Source: an uncultured Poribacteria bacterium (GTDB lineage: Bacteria; Poribacteria; WGA-4E; WGA-3G). Taken from it: a DNA stretch of 64,000 bases. This document shows positions 19,142 through 28,780 of this stretch, piece by piece. The DNA is taken from contig CATQHZ020000002.1 in NCBI GenBank assembly GCA_958296135.2, positions 64,001 through 128,000 of the forward strand, read 5' to 3'. A program made the position numbers and the translations under genes. The notes beneath the pieces are model-generated. The model searched no databases. It had not been told where the DNA came from and was given only the letters and a program-made list of their open reading frames with translations. Positions within the stretch are counted from its first letter, which is position 1. The number at the start of each line of letters is the position of its first letter.

Positions 19142-19438
19142 TTACAGGTTGAGCAGCATTTCGCTGCTCATGATTGGCGGTCCAAGATCATAATCAACCT
19201 TGTCTCCCCACTCCAAATACTCTTCTTCTTCTTCATTAAGATCGATATTATGTTCTAGTTTGACGTTAATCGCATCAACAATATCGTCAAAATCATGCAA
19301 AATGATCTGTTCTTCAAGATAGCCACGATCAATATAATTAAGTTCGTCTTCCTTCATATCAACAATATCTTCAAAGGTAAATACTTCATGAAACTGTTCA
19401 AGTTCGATCTGATTCATATTATATAGTTTCTTACGCAT
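19142..19438 (-). CDS. Highly acidic hypothetical protein
   Basis: 98-aa Asp/Glu-rich ORF. Confidence 0.55.
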   Translation of the reverse strand: MRKKLYNMNQIELEQFHEVFTFEDIVDMKEDELNYIDRGYLEEQIILHDFDDIVDAINVKLEHNIDLNEEEEEYLEWGDKVDYDLGPPIMSSEMLLNL

Positions 19439-19829
19439 TTTTCTTATCCTCCAATTCTTGATATCGTTCCTGTTTCTTTAAAAGCTCTTCCAAATATTGT
19501 TCGCAAACCTCTTTATATTGTTCTAGATGACGTTCGCTACGATGCGATCGAGCCGCCAATGTAATTTCATATCGGAACAACCACATCTTGAGACTATTTT
19601 CCCAAGTTTCGCCATAATTGCCTTCGCTTACATAATGTGGCCGAACCTCTTGTAAAAGCTCTATTCCTTCAGAGTGCAATACTTCCAAATTTTCGTCCAA
19701 AGTTCCTTCTTCAAATTCATTCAATAAATCTTCTACTTCATAAATCAGATCAGAACATTCCCATTTATCATTTGGAATTGGCAAATCTTTCTGACCAGGA
19801 ACTCGAGGACCATTTGTCCAGTTAACCAT
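19431..19829 (-). CDS. Acidic hypothetical protein
   Basis: First gene after class A copy 5; N-terminal QKDLPI. Confidence 0.55.
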   Translation of the reverse strand: MVNWTNGPRVPGQKDLPIPNDKWECSDLIYEVEDLLNEFEEGTLDENLEVLHSEGIELLQEVRPHYVSEGNYGETWENSLKMWLFRYEITLAARSHRSERHLEQYKEVCEQYLEELLKKQERYQELEDKKNA

Positions 19830-19871
19830 TTTTATTAACCCCTTAAATTTTTATTTTTTAATCATTTCTCC

Positions 19872-19933
19872 TATATATAATATAGGCGATTTGGCCTTGT
19901 TATCAGATCAGACAACCGAAAAATTTTTCGCCC
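19872..19933 (-). promoter_or_regulatory. Class A promoter/operator motif, copy 5
   Basis: Near-identical to copy 2. Confidence 0.75.
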
Positions 19934-19981
19934 AGCCAACAGGGAGAGGGGGTTGTTCCTCCCCTCCAAAAATTGAATTTA

Positions 19982-20257
19982 TTATTTGCTAGCCCTGATT
20001 TCAAAATCAGGCGATATTCGTATAATTCTATCAGACTTCGCTAAATCTCCATTTCTTATTTGATTTTCAGTAAATTCAGCACCGCTTTTAGCTTGATTTA
20101 TGAATCCTTGATCGTGATTATATGAATCAATTATGAATTTAAGATCTTTAGTTGGATCAATACCATTATCCACAAGGGCTTTGATACGTCCAATCTGCCA
20201 CGCTAACGAATCCGCTCTTAGCATTTTTTGATTTAACCGTCGCATTTTCTTATCCAT
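19982..20257 (-). CDS. Hypothetical protein
   Basis: 91-aa ORF with GGAGG SD. Confidence 0.55.
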   Translation of the reverse strand: MDKKMRRLNQKMLRADSLAWQIGRIKALVDNGIDPTKDLKFIIDSYNHDQGFINQAKSGAEFTENQIRNGDLAKSDRIIRISPDFEIRASK

Positions 20258-20265
20258 TTAACCTC

Positions 20266-21414
20266 CTAAAAGAATGATACTTGTTGGTTTTTGTAAACCG
20301 TAGAAAAGATTTTAAATTGAGCATTACCATATTTTTCAAGTAATCCTACTTCAAGATCTCTATGCGTCCAACTTATTTGATCAAGCATGCAAAAATTGTG
20401 CATTCTTCTATACAAATATCCTGGTATACCTTCTACGTTTGATTCTTTTTTTAATCGGCTAAGATCTTCACAAAACGGACATCTATGATTTGTGACTTCC
20501 CGAGCCCATCTAAGTTTTTCTTCTGTCATATTGTCGTCTTCATTATCCCGAAGGAGACTACACGATATGCCACCAATATATGGAAAATAAATCTTGCCAA
20601 GCCCAGCACCAATAATCGGAGTGCTTGCGTCAAAGGTCCTAATACCCAAATAGTGCAATATAAATACAGATCCTGGAGACGATATTCCTAAACAATGAAT
20701 TCCAACTCCTTTCTTTTTTAATACTTTTTGTAATTCGTTTAACATAGTTAACGCAGCACCTCTTAATTGTCGTGGCGATCCAGGATGCGTTAAGCATGAT
20801 GCGGAATAAGATGCAAATTTACTCTTATCAAGCATTGGTTTATATGAATTATACATATAATCAATATCTTGATCCTTTCTTAAATGAAATACTGGTGCGA
20901 CTTTACCTTGAATTTCTGGTTTTAAGCACTCAAAAAACTTAAGGGACGCTTCAATTGTATTGTTAATCTTTCTTTTATATCCGTCATGATAAACATCAGA
21001 CAGATTTGGCGGATGATCGGGCATAATGTAAATGTCCGCCCAATCATATTCGTTATAGAGTTCTTCATTGTGCTTCTGAAGATCATCTAAATTAGAAATA
21101 CCTCTACTCTTTAACGATCCTGTTAGAACTTGAAATCCCCCAGAATCAAACATTATATTATCAATTACGCCTTCGCCTTTTAACTCCTTAAGATAATCTA
21201 AAATGCCTTTATTTTTTCGTAAAGCCACAGGTGTTAAGAGCATATTTCTAAATGGTTTTGCTTTTGGCGTTCCTTGCCAATCATAATTGTTAACCAAATC
21301 CATCGCAAATTCAACATGATCAGACATTACGTTTCTGGTTGGAGTACCAATCGCCTGAAAGAATGAACTTTTATGTCGTTTGAACCCGTCATTTTCTTCC
21401 TTAAGATCTACCAT
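20266..21414 (-). CDS. dpdA: DpdA-like (TGT-fold) guanine transglycosylase
   Basis: MFDSGGFQ, PDHPP, PVFH, IHCLG, TFDAS, Zn site HRCPFC...HN; C-terminal QVSFF; preQ0 genes present in window. Confidence 0.75.
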   Translation of the reverse strand: MVDLKEENDGFKRHKSSFFQAIGTPTRNVMSDHVEFAMDLVNNYDWQGTPKAKPFRNMLLTPVALRKNKGILDYLKELKGEGVIDNIMFDSGGFQVLTGSLKSRGISNLDDLQKHNEELYNEYDWADIYIMPDHPPNLSDVYHDGYKRKINNTIEASLKFFECLKPEIQGKVAPVFHLRKDQDIDYMYNSYKPMLDKSKFASYSASCLTHPGSPRQLRGAALTMLNELQKVLKKKGVGIHCLGISSPGSVFILHYLGIRTFDASTPIIGAGLGKIYFPYIGGISCSLLRDNEDDNMTEEKLRWAREVTNHRCPFCEDLSRLKKESNVEGIPGYLYRRMHNFCMLDQISWTHRDLEVGLLEKYGNAQFKIFSTVYKNQQVSFF

Positions 21415-21459
21415 TTATTACCTCTATATTTTTTAAGTCTTTTTGTCCCTCTATATTAT

Positions 21460-21494
21460 TAAAATATTAAATTTTCAAGCCCAATTAAATCCAA
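21460..21494 (-). promoter_or_regulatory. Class B promoter motif, copy 3
   Basis: Consensus match directly upstream of dpdA. Confidence 0.8.
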
Positions 21495-21500
21495 TAAAAT

Positions 21501-24500
21501 TTAAAATTCAATAAAATTTTCAGCCCGTTTGTTCCTATTAGTAGGAATAACACATCCTTTTCCAAACAATTCCTCAATTTTGTCAACGATCTTTGGATTG
21601 TAATCCAATTTATAGTCACTAGAACTTTGAGCAACTACTGTTCCATAATCGATAGTCTTCAAATGTAATACTAAGTTCTTATTACCCTGATAATCTTTAA
21701 CTATTTGTTGTAATGATTCCAATTTTTCTTGGTTATCAATGTCAGGTTCTTGAATAACTACTTCGACTGTATCTATGAGTTTGCCTATATCCTCTAGATT
21801 CATAATCCGATTAATAACTAATTGTTTAGTCTTCTTTCTAGAATCGGTTGATAGTGATCCGTGTACTAATGAAATCATTCCGCTTTCAACTTGATCAGAA
21901 TACGATTGCCAAGTATTCGGAAACGCTACCGCATTAAGAGTTCCTTCTAGATCTTCTATTACCATAGAAGCCATTGATTCTTTCTTTCTAGTCTTAAACG
22001 GTTTAAGATCTGTAATCAATCCAACTAAATAAATATCATTTTTCCTATCTAAAGCGGTTACCGTATTAGAATTCGTAAAATTCTTTATTATTTGTTTGTG
22101 CTGTTCCAATGGATGACCAGAAACATAGAATCCGAGTTGATCCTTTTCATTTTGGAGCTGTTCTATAATTGACCATGGTTCAACCTCTTTCATTGTGGCT
22201 ACAGCTTTCGGACCGCTATCAAACATATCAAATAAATTAACTTGCCCTTGATCTTTATCAGATTTTGCACTTTCTGCAGTCTTCATAACTAGATCAAGAT
22301 TTTCCAGAAATTGTGCCCGATGACCATCAAACGAATCTAACGCTCCACACATGATTAAGTTTTGGATCGTCTTCTTACTAACCGTCTTTGTATCAACTCG
22401 CTCGCAAAAGTCTTCAAATGATTCGAATTTACCATCTTTTCTAGCATTAAGTATCTCTTCGATCGCGCTTTCACCAACATTACTAATTGCAATTAATCCG
22501 AACAGAATAGAATCTTTGTCCACAGAAAAATGGCGTTGACTTCTATTGATATCTGGCGGCAACAATTTTATGGTTCTATCTAGAAATTCTTCTAGGTTAA
22601 CGCATTCATTCCTATACTTAATAAATTTATCGGTATTTGTATGCTCACCAGTCATCATCGCCGCCATAAATTCATGCGGATAATGAGTTTTTAAGTATGC
22701 CATTCTATAAGCTAGAATCGAATAAGCGACCGTATGACTTTTATTAAACGCATATTGACCAAACGGTTCCAAAATATCAAAAACTTGACTAGCTTTCTCT
22801 TCAGAAATTCCATTTTCTATAGCACCATCAACAAACTTTTCGCGCTGTTCCATTAGAAGCGGTTTATTCTTCTTACCCATTGCCGATCTAAGCACATCAG
22901 CTTCACCCATTGTGAACCCAGCCATATCTCGAGCGATCTGCATTACCTGTTCCTGATAAACACAAACCCCATAAGTTCCTTCTAGAGCATCTTTTAACAG
23001 AGGATCTAAGTAAGTAATTGCTTCCCGACCATGCTTCCTATTAATAAATTGCTTCATCATTCCACTCTTCAGTGGTCCAGGTCGGTATAATGCTGGAATT
23101 GCTACAAATTCCTCAAAACTTTCTGGTCGTAAATCAATTGTTACCTGTTTCATACCAGGCGATGTCTCTAATTGAAATAATCCTTGAAGTAATCCCTTTT
23201 GAATTAAATTAAAAGTTGGTTCATCATCAAACGGAATCTCAGTTAATATGATTTCTTTACCATGATTTTCTTTAATTAGTTCTAGGCAATCATAAACTTC
23301 AGTTAAACTCCTGATTCCGAGCGTATCAAACTTAATAATTCCAATATCTTCTACGGCTTTACCTTCATATTGTGTCGCTATTTGATCGTTTCGATCCTTA
23401 AAAAGTGGAACATAATCTGTCAGAGGTCCATTTGACACCACAATAGCAGAGGCATGACAAGAAACATGGCGTTTCATTCCCTCCACTTTCTGTGCTAAAT
23501 CAATTAACTCTCGATTTTTTGGAAGTTCAGCCTCTTTTCTCAATGCAGAATTTTCTGATAATGCATCATCTATTGTAAACTTATTAGCAGATTCTGGAAT
23601 TAAACTAGTAATCTTCTTAATTTGTTCGTTTGGTATTTCTAATGCTTTACCAACATTATTAATTGCCGCTTTTGCACTTAATGTTGAAAATGTTGCTACC
23701 TTTCCGACAGAATCATGCCCATATTTATCAACTAAATATTGGATTACATGTTCCCGCGCTCGATCCGAGAAATCAATATCAATATCTGGCGGACTAATTC
23801 TATCCAGATTTAGAAAACGTTCAAAAAAGCATCCATAATCCATCGGATTAAATGTAATTACATCAAGTGCGAAAAGCACCAAACTGCTACCACCACTACC
23901 ACGAGCAGAAAGAGGATATCCTTTGCTATTAGCAAAGCGCACATAATCCCAAACAACCAAGAAATAACCGGCATACCCTGTTTTAGCAATGATTTCCAGT
24001 TCATAATCTAGCCGTTCCTTAATTTCGGTTGATAATTCCCCATATTTCTTTTTCAAACTTGTATAACAAAGTTCTTTTAGGTAAGAATCATTAGTATGAC
24101 CTTGAGGAACTTCGTATTCTGGCAGTAAATTATCTCCATAATCAAGCTCAATATTACAGCGTTCCGCAATCCGCATAGTATTTGTTAATGCTTCTTCCGG
24201 ATACATCTTGAGAGCTTCTTTCATTTCGTCATAAGTTTTAAAATAGAAATGATTATCAAACATCATTCTATCTGTATCATTAACCGTCTTCTTCATTTGA
24301 ATGCAAAGCAGAATATCATGCATATAATGATCTTCTCGATTCAGGTAATGACAGTCATTAGTTCCAACTATTGGTATATCGTATTCTTTTGCTAATTCAT
24401 AAATAACTGGATAAGCTTGTTCTTCTTCTTTAATATAATGATTTTGCACTTCGGCATACAAATTGTCTTTGCCAAGCACATCGATTAACTGCTTAAAATT

Positions 24501-24962
24501 AGCAATACCCTTCTCTTTACTTGTGGATATAGCTTTCGGCACAAAGCCAGCAACACAACCAGTTAATCCAATGATTCCTTCATTGTGATCTCGAAGAATT
24601 TCCATATCGATTCGTGGTTTACTATAGAATCCTTCTGTATAGCCCACAGAAACCATCTTAAGTAGATTCTTATATCCAGTAGCATTTTCGGCAAGCAATG
24701 TTAAATGATATGGTGGTCCCTGTTCCTTGCCTCTAGTCTTTCTACTGCCTGGCGCGACATAAACTTCACAGCCAACAATTGGATTGACACCCTTTTGCCG
24801 AGCCTTTGTCATGAAATCCCATGCAGTAAACATATTTCCATGATCTGTTAAACCCACAGCGGATGAGCTGTTTTGGACAGCCCAATCCACCATGTCTTCG
24901 ATCTTACAAGCACCATCAAGCAGACTTCCATCTGAATGATTATGTAAATGTATAAATTCCAT
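21501..24962 (-). CDS. dnaE: DNA polymerase III alpha subunit
   Basis: PHP FIHLHNHS/TDHG, RGSGGSS, PDIDIDF, KFDTLG, AFNKSH, clamp motif QVNLF; no intein. Confidence 0.97.
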   Translation of the reverse strand: MEFIHLHNHSDGSLLDGACKIEDMVDWAVQNSSSAVGLTDHGNMFTAWDFMTKARQKGVNPIVGCEVYVAPGSRKTRGKEQGPPYHLTLLAENATGYKNLLKMVSVGYTEGFYSKPRIDMEILRDHNEGIIGLTGCVAGFVPKAISTSKEKGIANFKQLIDVLGKDNLYAEVQNHYIKEEEQAYPVIYELAKEYDIPIVGTNDCHYLNREDHYMHDILLCIQMKKTVNDTDRMMFDNHFYFKTYDEMKEALKMYPEEALTNTMRIAERCNIELDYGDNLLPEYEVPQGHTNDSYLKELCYTSLKKKYGELSTEIKERLDYELEIIAKTGYAGYFLVVWDYVRFANSKGYPLSARGSGGSSLVLFALDVITFNPMDYGCFFERFLNLDRISPPDIDIDFSDRAREHVIQYLVDKYGHDSVGKVATFSTLSAKAAINNVGKALEIPNEQIKKITSLIPESANKFTIDDALSENSALRKEAELPKNRELIDLAQKVEGMKRHVSCHASAIVVSNGPLTDYVPLFKDRNDQIATQYEGKAVEDIGIIKFDTLGIRSLTEVYDCLELIKENHGKEIILTEIPFDDEPTFNLIQKGLLQGLFQLETSPGMKQVTIDLRPESFEEFVAIPALYRPGPLKSGMMKQFINRKHGREAITYLDPLLKDALEGTYGVCVYQEQVMQIARDMAGFTMGEADVLRSAMGKKNKPLLMEQREKFVDGAIENGISEEKASQVFDILEPFGQYAFNKSHTVAYSILAYRMAYLKTHYPHEFMAAMMTGEHTNTDKFIKYRNECVNLEEFLDRTIKLLPPDINRSQRHFSVDKDSILFGLIAISNVGESAIEEILNARKDGKFESFEDFCERVDTKTVSKKTIQNLIMCGALDSFDGHRAQFLENLDLVMKTAESAKSDKDQGQVNLFDMFDSGPKAVATMKEVEPWSIIEQLQNEKDQLGFYVSGHPLEQHKQIIKNFTNSNTVTALDRKNDIYLVGLITDLKPFKTRKKESMASMVIEDLEGTLNAVAFPNTWQSYSDQVESGMISLVHGSLSTDSRKKTKQLVINRIMNLEDIGKLIDTVEVVIQEPDIDNQEKLESLQQIVKDYQGNKNLVLHLKTIDYGTVVAQSSSDYKLDYNPKIVDKIEELFGKGCVIPTNRNKRAENFIEF

Positions 24963-25435
24963 TAACCACTCCTAATAGGTTTTGGCAATCTAATAATTTC
25001 ATTAATTGAGTCTGGATTATCAAAATATTCCTGAGTTATTTGCCAGAATTGTAGTCTTGGATATTCTATTCCATTATGATTAAAGCAACCCATTGATTTA
25101 GCTTCTTCTCTCATTCCAGTGCTAACTTTTTCCACAGTAATAAATACTCCGGCTATCGCATTATTTATGTTCATAGAATGACAAAACGCTCTAATCTGAG
25201 CAAGCGTCGGTTTTCCAGATTTAACTTCTGCCATAACTGGACCTTTAGCTGATTCTAATCCTTCTGAAATCCATTCAGAATAGTGACCAATACCATCAAA
25301 TCCACCATCGGCAGAATTATTAGTTGGAGTTAGATTTAGTTTACTAACTGCCCAATCAGAAAAACTATGATAAAGCTTACTATTTAACAGATCATTAAGT
25401 TCATTCATATTATCTGGATTTAATTGATTTTGCAT
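24962..25435 (-). CDS. Stand-alone Mrr-like PD-(D/E)xK domain, duplicate of the upstream MTase C-terminus
   Basis: DGGFDG...AEVKSGKPTLAQIRAF...GVFITVEK nearly identical to 25509 C-terminus. Confidence 0.7.
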   Translation of the reverse strand: MQNQLNPDNMNELNDLLNSKLYHSFSDWAVSKLNLTPTNNSADGGFDGIGHYSEWISEGLESAKGPVMAEVKSGKPTLAQIRAFCHSMNINNAIAGVFITVEKVSTGMREEAKSMGCFNHNGIEYPRLQFWQITQEYFDNPDSINEIIRLPKPIRSG

Positions 25436-25508
25436 TATATCTCCTTAGTATTATTTTGTTTTAATTAGACAATATTACAGTGGGGAGTGAATATACACTC
25501 CCATAATT

Positions 25509-27056
25509 TTATATTATTTCTAATAGATCAGCTTGATTATCTTCTACATGTGGATCCATTTTTCTGCTAATTTTAATTCTATCTGGCAATTTAATTAATT
25601 GATTAATTGACTCTGGATTGTCAAAATATTCTTGAGTTATTTGCCAGAATTGTATTTTTTTATATTGAATGCCATTATGATTAAAGTTTCCCATTTTACT
25701 GCCTTCTTCTTTCATTCCAGCACTAACTTTTTCCACAGTAATGAATACTCCGGCTATCGCATTATTTTTCTTTACTGATTGACAAAATGCTCTAACCTGA
25801 GCCAGTGTTGGTTTTCCAGATTTGACTTCTGCTATAACAATTCCATCATTTAGTTTCATATTTTGCGGAACCCATACCTCGACATCGCCAACTCCATCAT
25901 AACCTCCATCATTAGAATTCTGAGTTGGATTTAATCCTATTCTTGTAACCGCCCAATTAGCAAAATCATGATAAGATTTATTATTCTTAACTAATTCATG
26001 AACTTCCTGCATATTGGTCGGATAACCTTCCAAATCATAATCAATACAAGCTTTTAATTTATATCTTTCATATATCCGATCTTTCATTGGTTCAAGAGCT
26101 AGTAATGTAAGATCTATTCCTTCCCAACGTCTTCTTTTTGCTTGAGCCGCATCAATTGTTGTTCCGCAACCAGCAAATGGATCTAAAACTAAATCTCCTT
26201 TATTTGAAGATGCTTCAATCATCATTTCATATAATTTTCTTGGCTTTTGAGTTGGATAACCTGTTCGCTCTTTACTCTGAGTTGCTGTACCAAAACTAGG
26301 TATATCAGTCCAATAATCTGGAGTTGGAATTCCTAAATATTCATCAAGATACTTTCTTTTTCCATGTTCTTTGGTATAAACCTTATATCGTCTTCCATCT
26401 TCATCAATTTTAGGAAATCTTTTTTCAAGATCTTCTTGACTTATATTTTGATACAATCGATTGAAAGTAGACTTATTTGATTTTCTATAAAATAGAATAT
26501 TATCATGCTTTCTTGGATACCCATACTTAGGAGGATTTCCTTTAACTGCATATGTCCAGATTATTTCATTTAGAAAATTTTCGTTATCGCAATTATTTTT
26601 TTGATCAAAAACAGCATCAAAAATTACTTTTAAATAATGGCTTGCTGTCGGATCGCAATGCAGATAAATACTTCCTGTCGGTTTTAAAATTCTATGCATT
26701 TCAACAATTCGTGGCCCCATAAAAGCTAAATATGAACGCATAGCACCACGCCATCCAGTTTCTTTATGTTGCAATAAATAATCACAGCCAATTAGAGCTT
26801 GATCAACTGAACTATAAACCGTATCATTTAATAAATCATCTTTAGCTCTAATCCGAATATCTTCTCTAGAATTTTCTGCCGATTTATCGTAAAACCATAT
26901 ATCGGTAAATGCTTTCTTTTGAGCTTGCGATTCTAAAAAGTCGTTATAATCTCTTCCACTATTAAAAGGTGGATCTGTGCATATTATATCAACTCTATTA
27001 GACTTCATTTCGCGCATTACTTCTAAATTATCGCCAAAATAAAGTTTATTTCTCAT
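25509..27056 (-). CDS. Beta-class DNA methyltransferase fused to Mrr-like endonuclease domain
   Basis: GDNL, DPPFNS, GYPTQKP, VLDPFAGCGTT; DGGYDG..EVK; C-terminal QADLL. Confidence 0.88.
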   Translation of the reverse strand: MRNKLYFGDNLEVMREMKSNRVDIICTDPPFNSGRDYNDFLESQAQKKAFTDIWFYDKSAENSREDIRIRAKDDLLNDTVYSSVDQALIGCDYLLQHKETGWRGAMRSYLAFMGPRIVEMHRILKPTGSIYLHCDPTASHYLKVIFDAVFDQKNNCDNENFLNEIIWTYAVKGNPPKYGYPRKHDNILFYRKSNKSTFNRLYQNISQEDLEKRFPKIDEDGRRYKVYTKEHGKRKYLDEYLGIPTPDYWTDIPSFGTATQSKERTGYPTQKPRKLYEMMIEASSNKGDLVLDPFAGCGTTIDAAQAKRRRWEGIDLTLLALEPMKDRIYERYKLKACIDYDLEGYPTNMQEVHELVKNNKSYHDFANWAVTRIGLNPTQNSNDGGYDGVGDVEVWVPQNMKLNDGIVIAEVKSGKPTLAQVRAFCQSVKKNNAIAGVFITVEKVSAGMKEEGSKMGNFNHNGIQYKKIQFWQITQEYFDNPESINQLIKLPDRIKISRKMDPHVEDNQADLLEII

Positions 27057-27270
27057 TATCATCTCCTTCAAGATCTTTTAAATATAGTTCTATGTCTAGC
27101 GTTTGTTCTACGAATGTATAAGCATCATATAAACCTTCCAGAATTTCTTTAATTTCTGGAACTTTATCCTCACCATGTTTTTCTACAATATCTTCGATCG
27201 CATCAAGTAAATGATCAAGAGCTATATCTACATCTCGTATTAAGCTGTGGTCGAATCTTTCTTCTGGCAT
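27046..27270 (-). CDS. Small acidic hypothetical protein
   Basis: GGAGG SD; 74 aa. Confidence 0.55.
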   Translation of the reverse strand: MPEERFDHSLIRDVDIALDHLLDAIEDIVEKHGEDKVPEIKEILEGLYDAYTFVEQTLDIELYLKDLEGDDNEK

Positions 27271-27418
27271 TCGTCCTCCTCCTTGTCAACTACCTTATAT
27301 TCCCACCCATTTCCACCCCAAACTCTAATCATTTCTTTACCTTCTGGCAAATTAATTTGTGCCTGAGAACCTAATATTGCCATCGCAACTTCATAAAAGT
27401 TATACTTTTTCATTTAAT

Positions 27419-28528
27419 TTATCCTACTAGATCTTTGACAGCCTGATATACTCCAGACATTTCTTGCTTATTAAATCTATGAGATATTTGACGTAAAATA
27501 TCGGTCACAGAAAGATCGTGGTCCAGATCTTTCATGGCGAGTTCTACACGTCTTTTAAATGTAAATCTTTGATCGAATTCATCTAGGACTTTTTGAATTC
27601 TGCGTTCGCTAAGTTCTATTTGCTGTTTTGGGAACTCTTCTAGAAGTAATGCGCATAGCGATTTATGATCTACTTTATCAAAGACTTCTAAAACGTTATT
27701 TGCTGTGGCTCTAATAATATTGACATCCAACGGATAGGAAGCCCAATGAATCTTCTCAATACTAGTCGGTTTACATTTAAATAAATGCCATTTGTAATCT
27801 TTATCTTGTAAATACCATACAGATCCTTCTTCACCTTTGAATCCTTTTTCTGTGACTATTAAATTCTTTTCCCATTCTTGCTGTTCTAATTGATAATTAA
27901 AGATATAGTCACAATCATAAACGTTTAATAGTTCTGCGGATGGTATTTTACTGCTATAACTTAATCCCGCCGCCGGATCAATGCTAAAATTAGATGGTGG
28001 ATGTATTTGGATATCGTCTTCCGTCTGCTCCAAAGCAAATAGAAATTTGATATCTAATTTATGATCATACTCAATTAAATGATGATGATCTTTGCCATAC
28101 ATTTCAAATGCGAACCCAGTTAAGAATGGATACTCCTGAAATAATGTTGGTATATTTATGTATTGCACTAAACATAACTTCCATTTGTCAAGAATAACGC
28201 CACGCAAGAATGGAAATAACCGCACCTTAAACGTGGTATAAATATGACCATTATATTTATAACGATACATGAAAATATTAGTGCCATCATACTTTCTATA
28301 CGAGAAAATCCGATACGCACTTGGAAATTTCCAATTACCGCTTTGATTAAATGGATATTTCAACTTTGGTGTTCCATAAATAGTTTGCGGAGCAGGTTCT
28401 CCATTAATTTTATGAATTATCAACGCACCATACTTGTGACCTTTATCCATAGAAATTTCACAATCAAGTTCGTTGCCTGGATTAAAAGGATCACGCTCTA
28501 AGAATTTTCTCGTATTTTTAAATGTCAT
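27419..28528 (-). CDS. Putative ATP-dependent RNA ligase (nucleotidyltransferase superfamily)
   Basis: Motif I KYDGTN, FEMYG, EEGSV, FKCK. Confidence 0.7.
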   Translation of the reverse strand: MTFKNTRKFLERDPFNPGNELDCEISMDKGHKYGALIIHKINGEPAPQTIYGTPKLKYPFNQSGNWKFPSAYRIFSYRKYDGTNIFMYRYKYNGHIYTTFKVRLFPFLRGVILDKWKLCLVQYINIPTLFQEYPFLTGFAFEMYGKDHHHLIEYDHKLDIKFLFALEQTEDDIQIHPPSNFSIDPAAGLSYSSKIPSAELLNVYDCDYIFNYQLEQQEWEKNLIVTEKGFKGEEGSVWYLQDKDYKWHLFKCKPTSIEKIHWASYPLDVNIIRATANNVLEVFDKVDHKSLCALLLEEFPKQQIELSERRIQKVLDEFDQRFTFKRRVELAMKDLDHDLSVTDILRQISHRFNKQEMSGVYQAVKDLVG

Positions 28529-28530
28529 GA

Positions 28531-28698
28531 TTAGTCCTCATTTATCCAAAATAATGCAGTTGCTGTAGCTAACGCTACTAACGATAAAAATATGATGGCA
28601 GCCCATTTCATTATTTCAGTTTGAAGATTAAATCCCGCTAGAACTACTCCAACAGGCATCAATAATACTAAAACTGCCTTTCCAAATGATTTTAACAT
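28531..28698 (-). CDS. Small two-TM membrane protein (not in ORF track)
   Basis: MLKSFGKAVLVLLMPVGVVLAGFNLQTEIMKWAAIIFLSLVALATATALFWINED. Confidence 0.55.
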   Translation of the reverse strand: MLKSFGKAVLVLLMPVGVVLAGFNLQTEIMKWAAIIFLSLVALATATALFWINED

Positions 28699-28780
28699 AA
28701 TTACCCCCTATTTGATAACATCAAAAACAAAATAACCCATAAACAAATCGAAGTAAATTCATCCATGATTTAAGCTCCCA

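Noticed and set aside
20266-21414. Canonical tRNA-guanine transglycosylase (tgt) for queuosine
   Set aside because: Too divergent from bacterial Tgt, no queF/queA/queG in the window, and it has a clamp-type tail; DNA targeting is preferred though unproven
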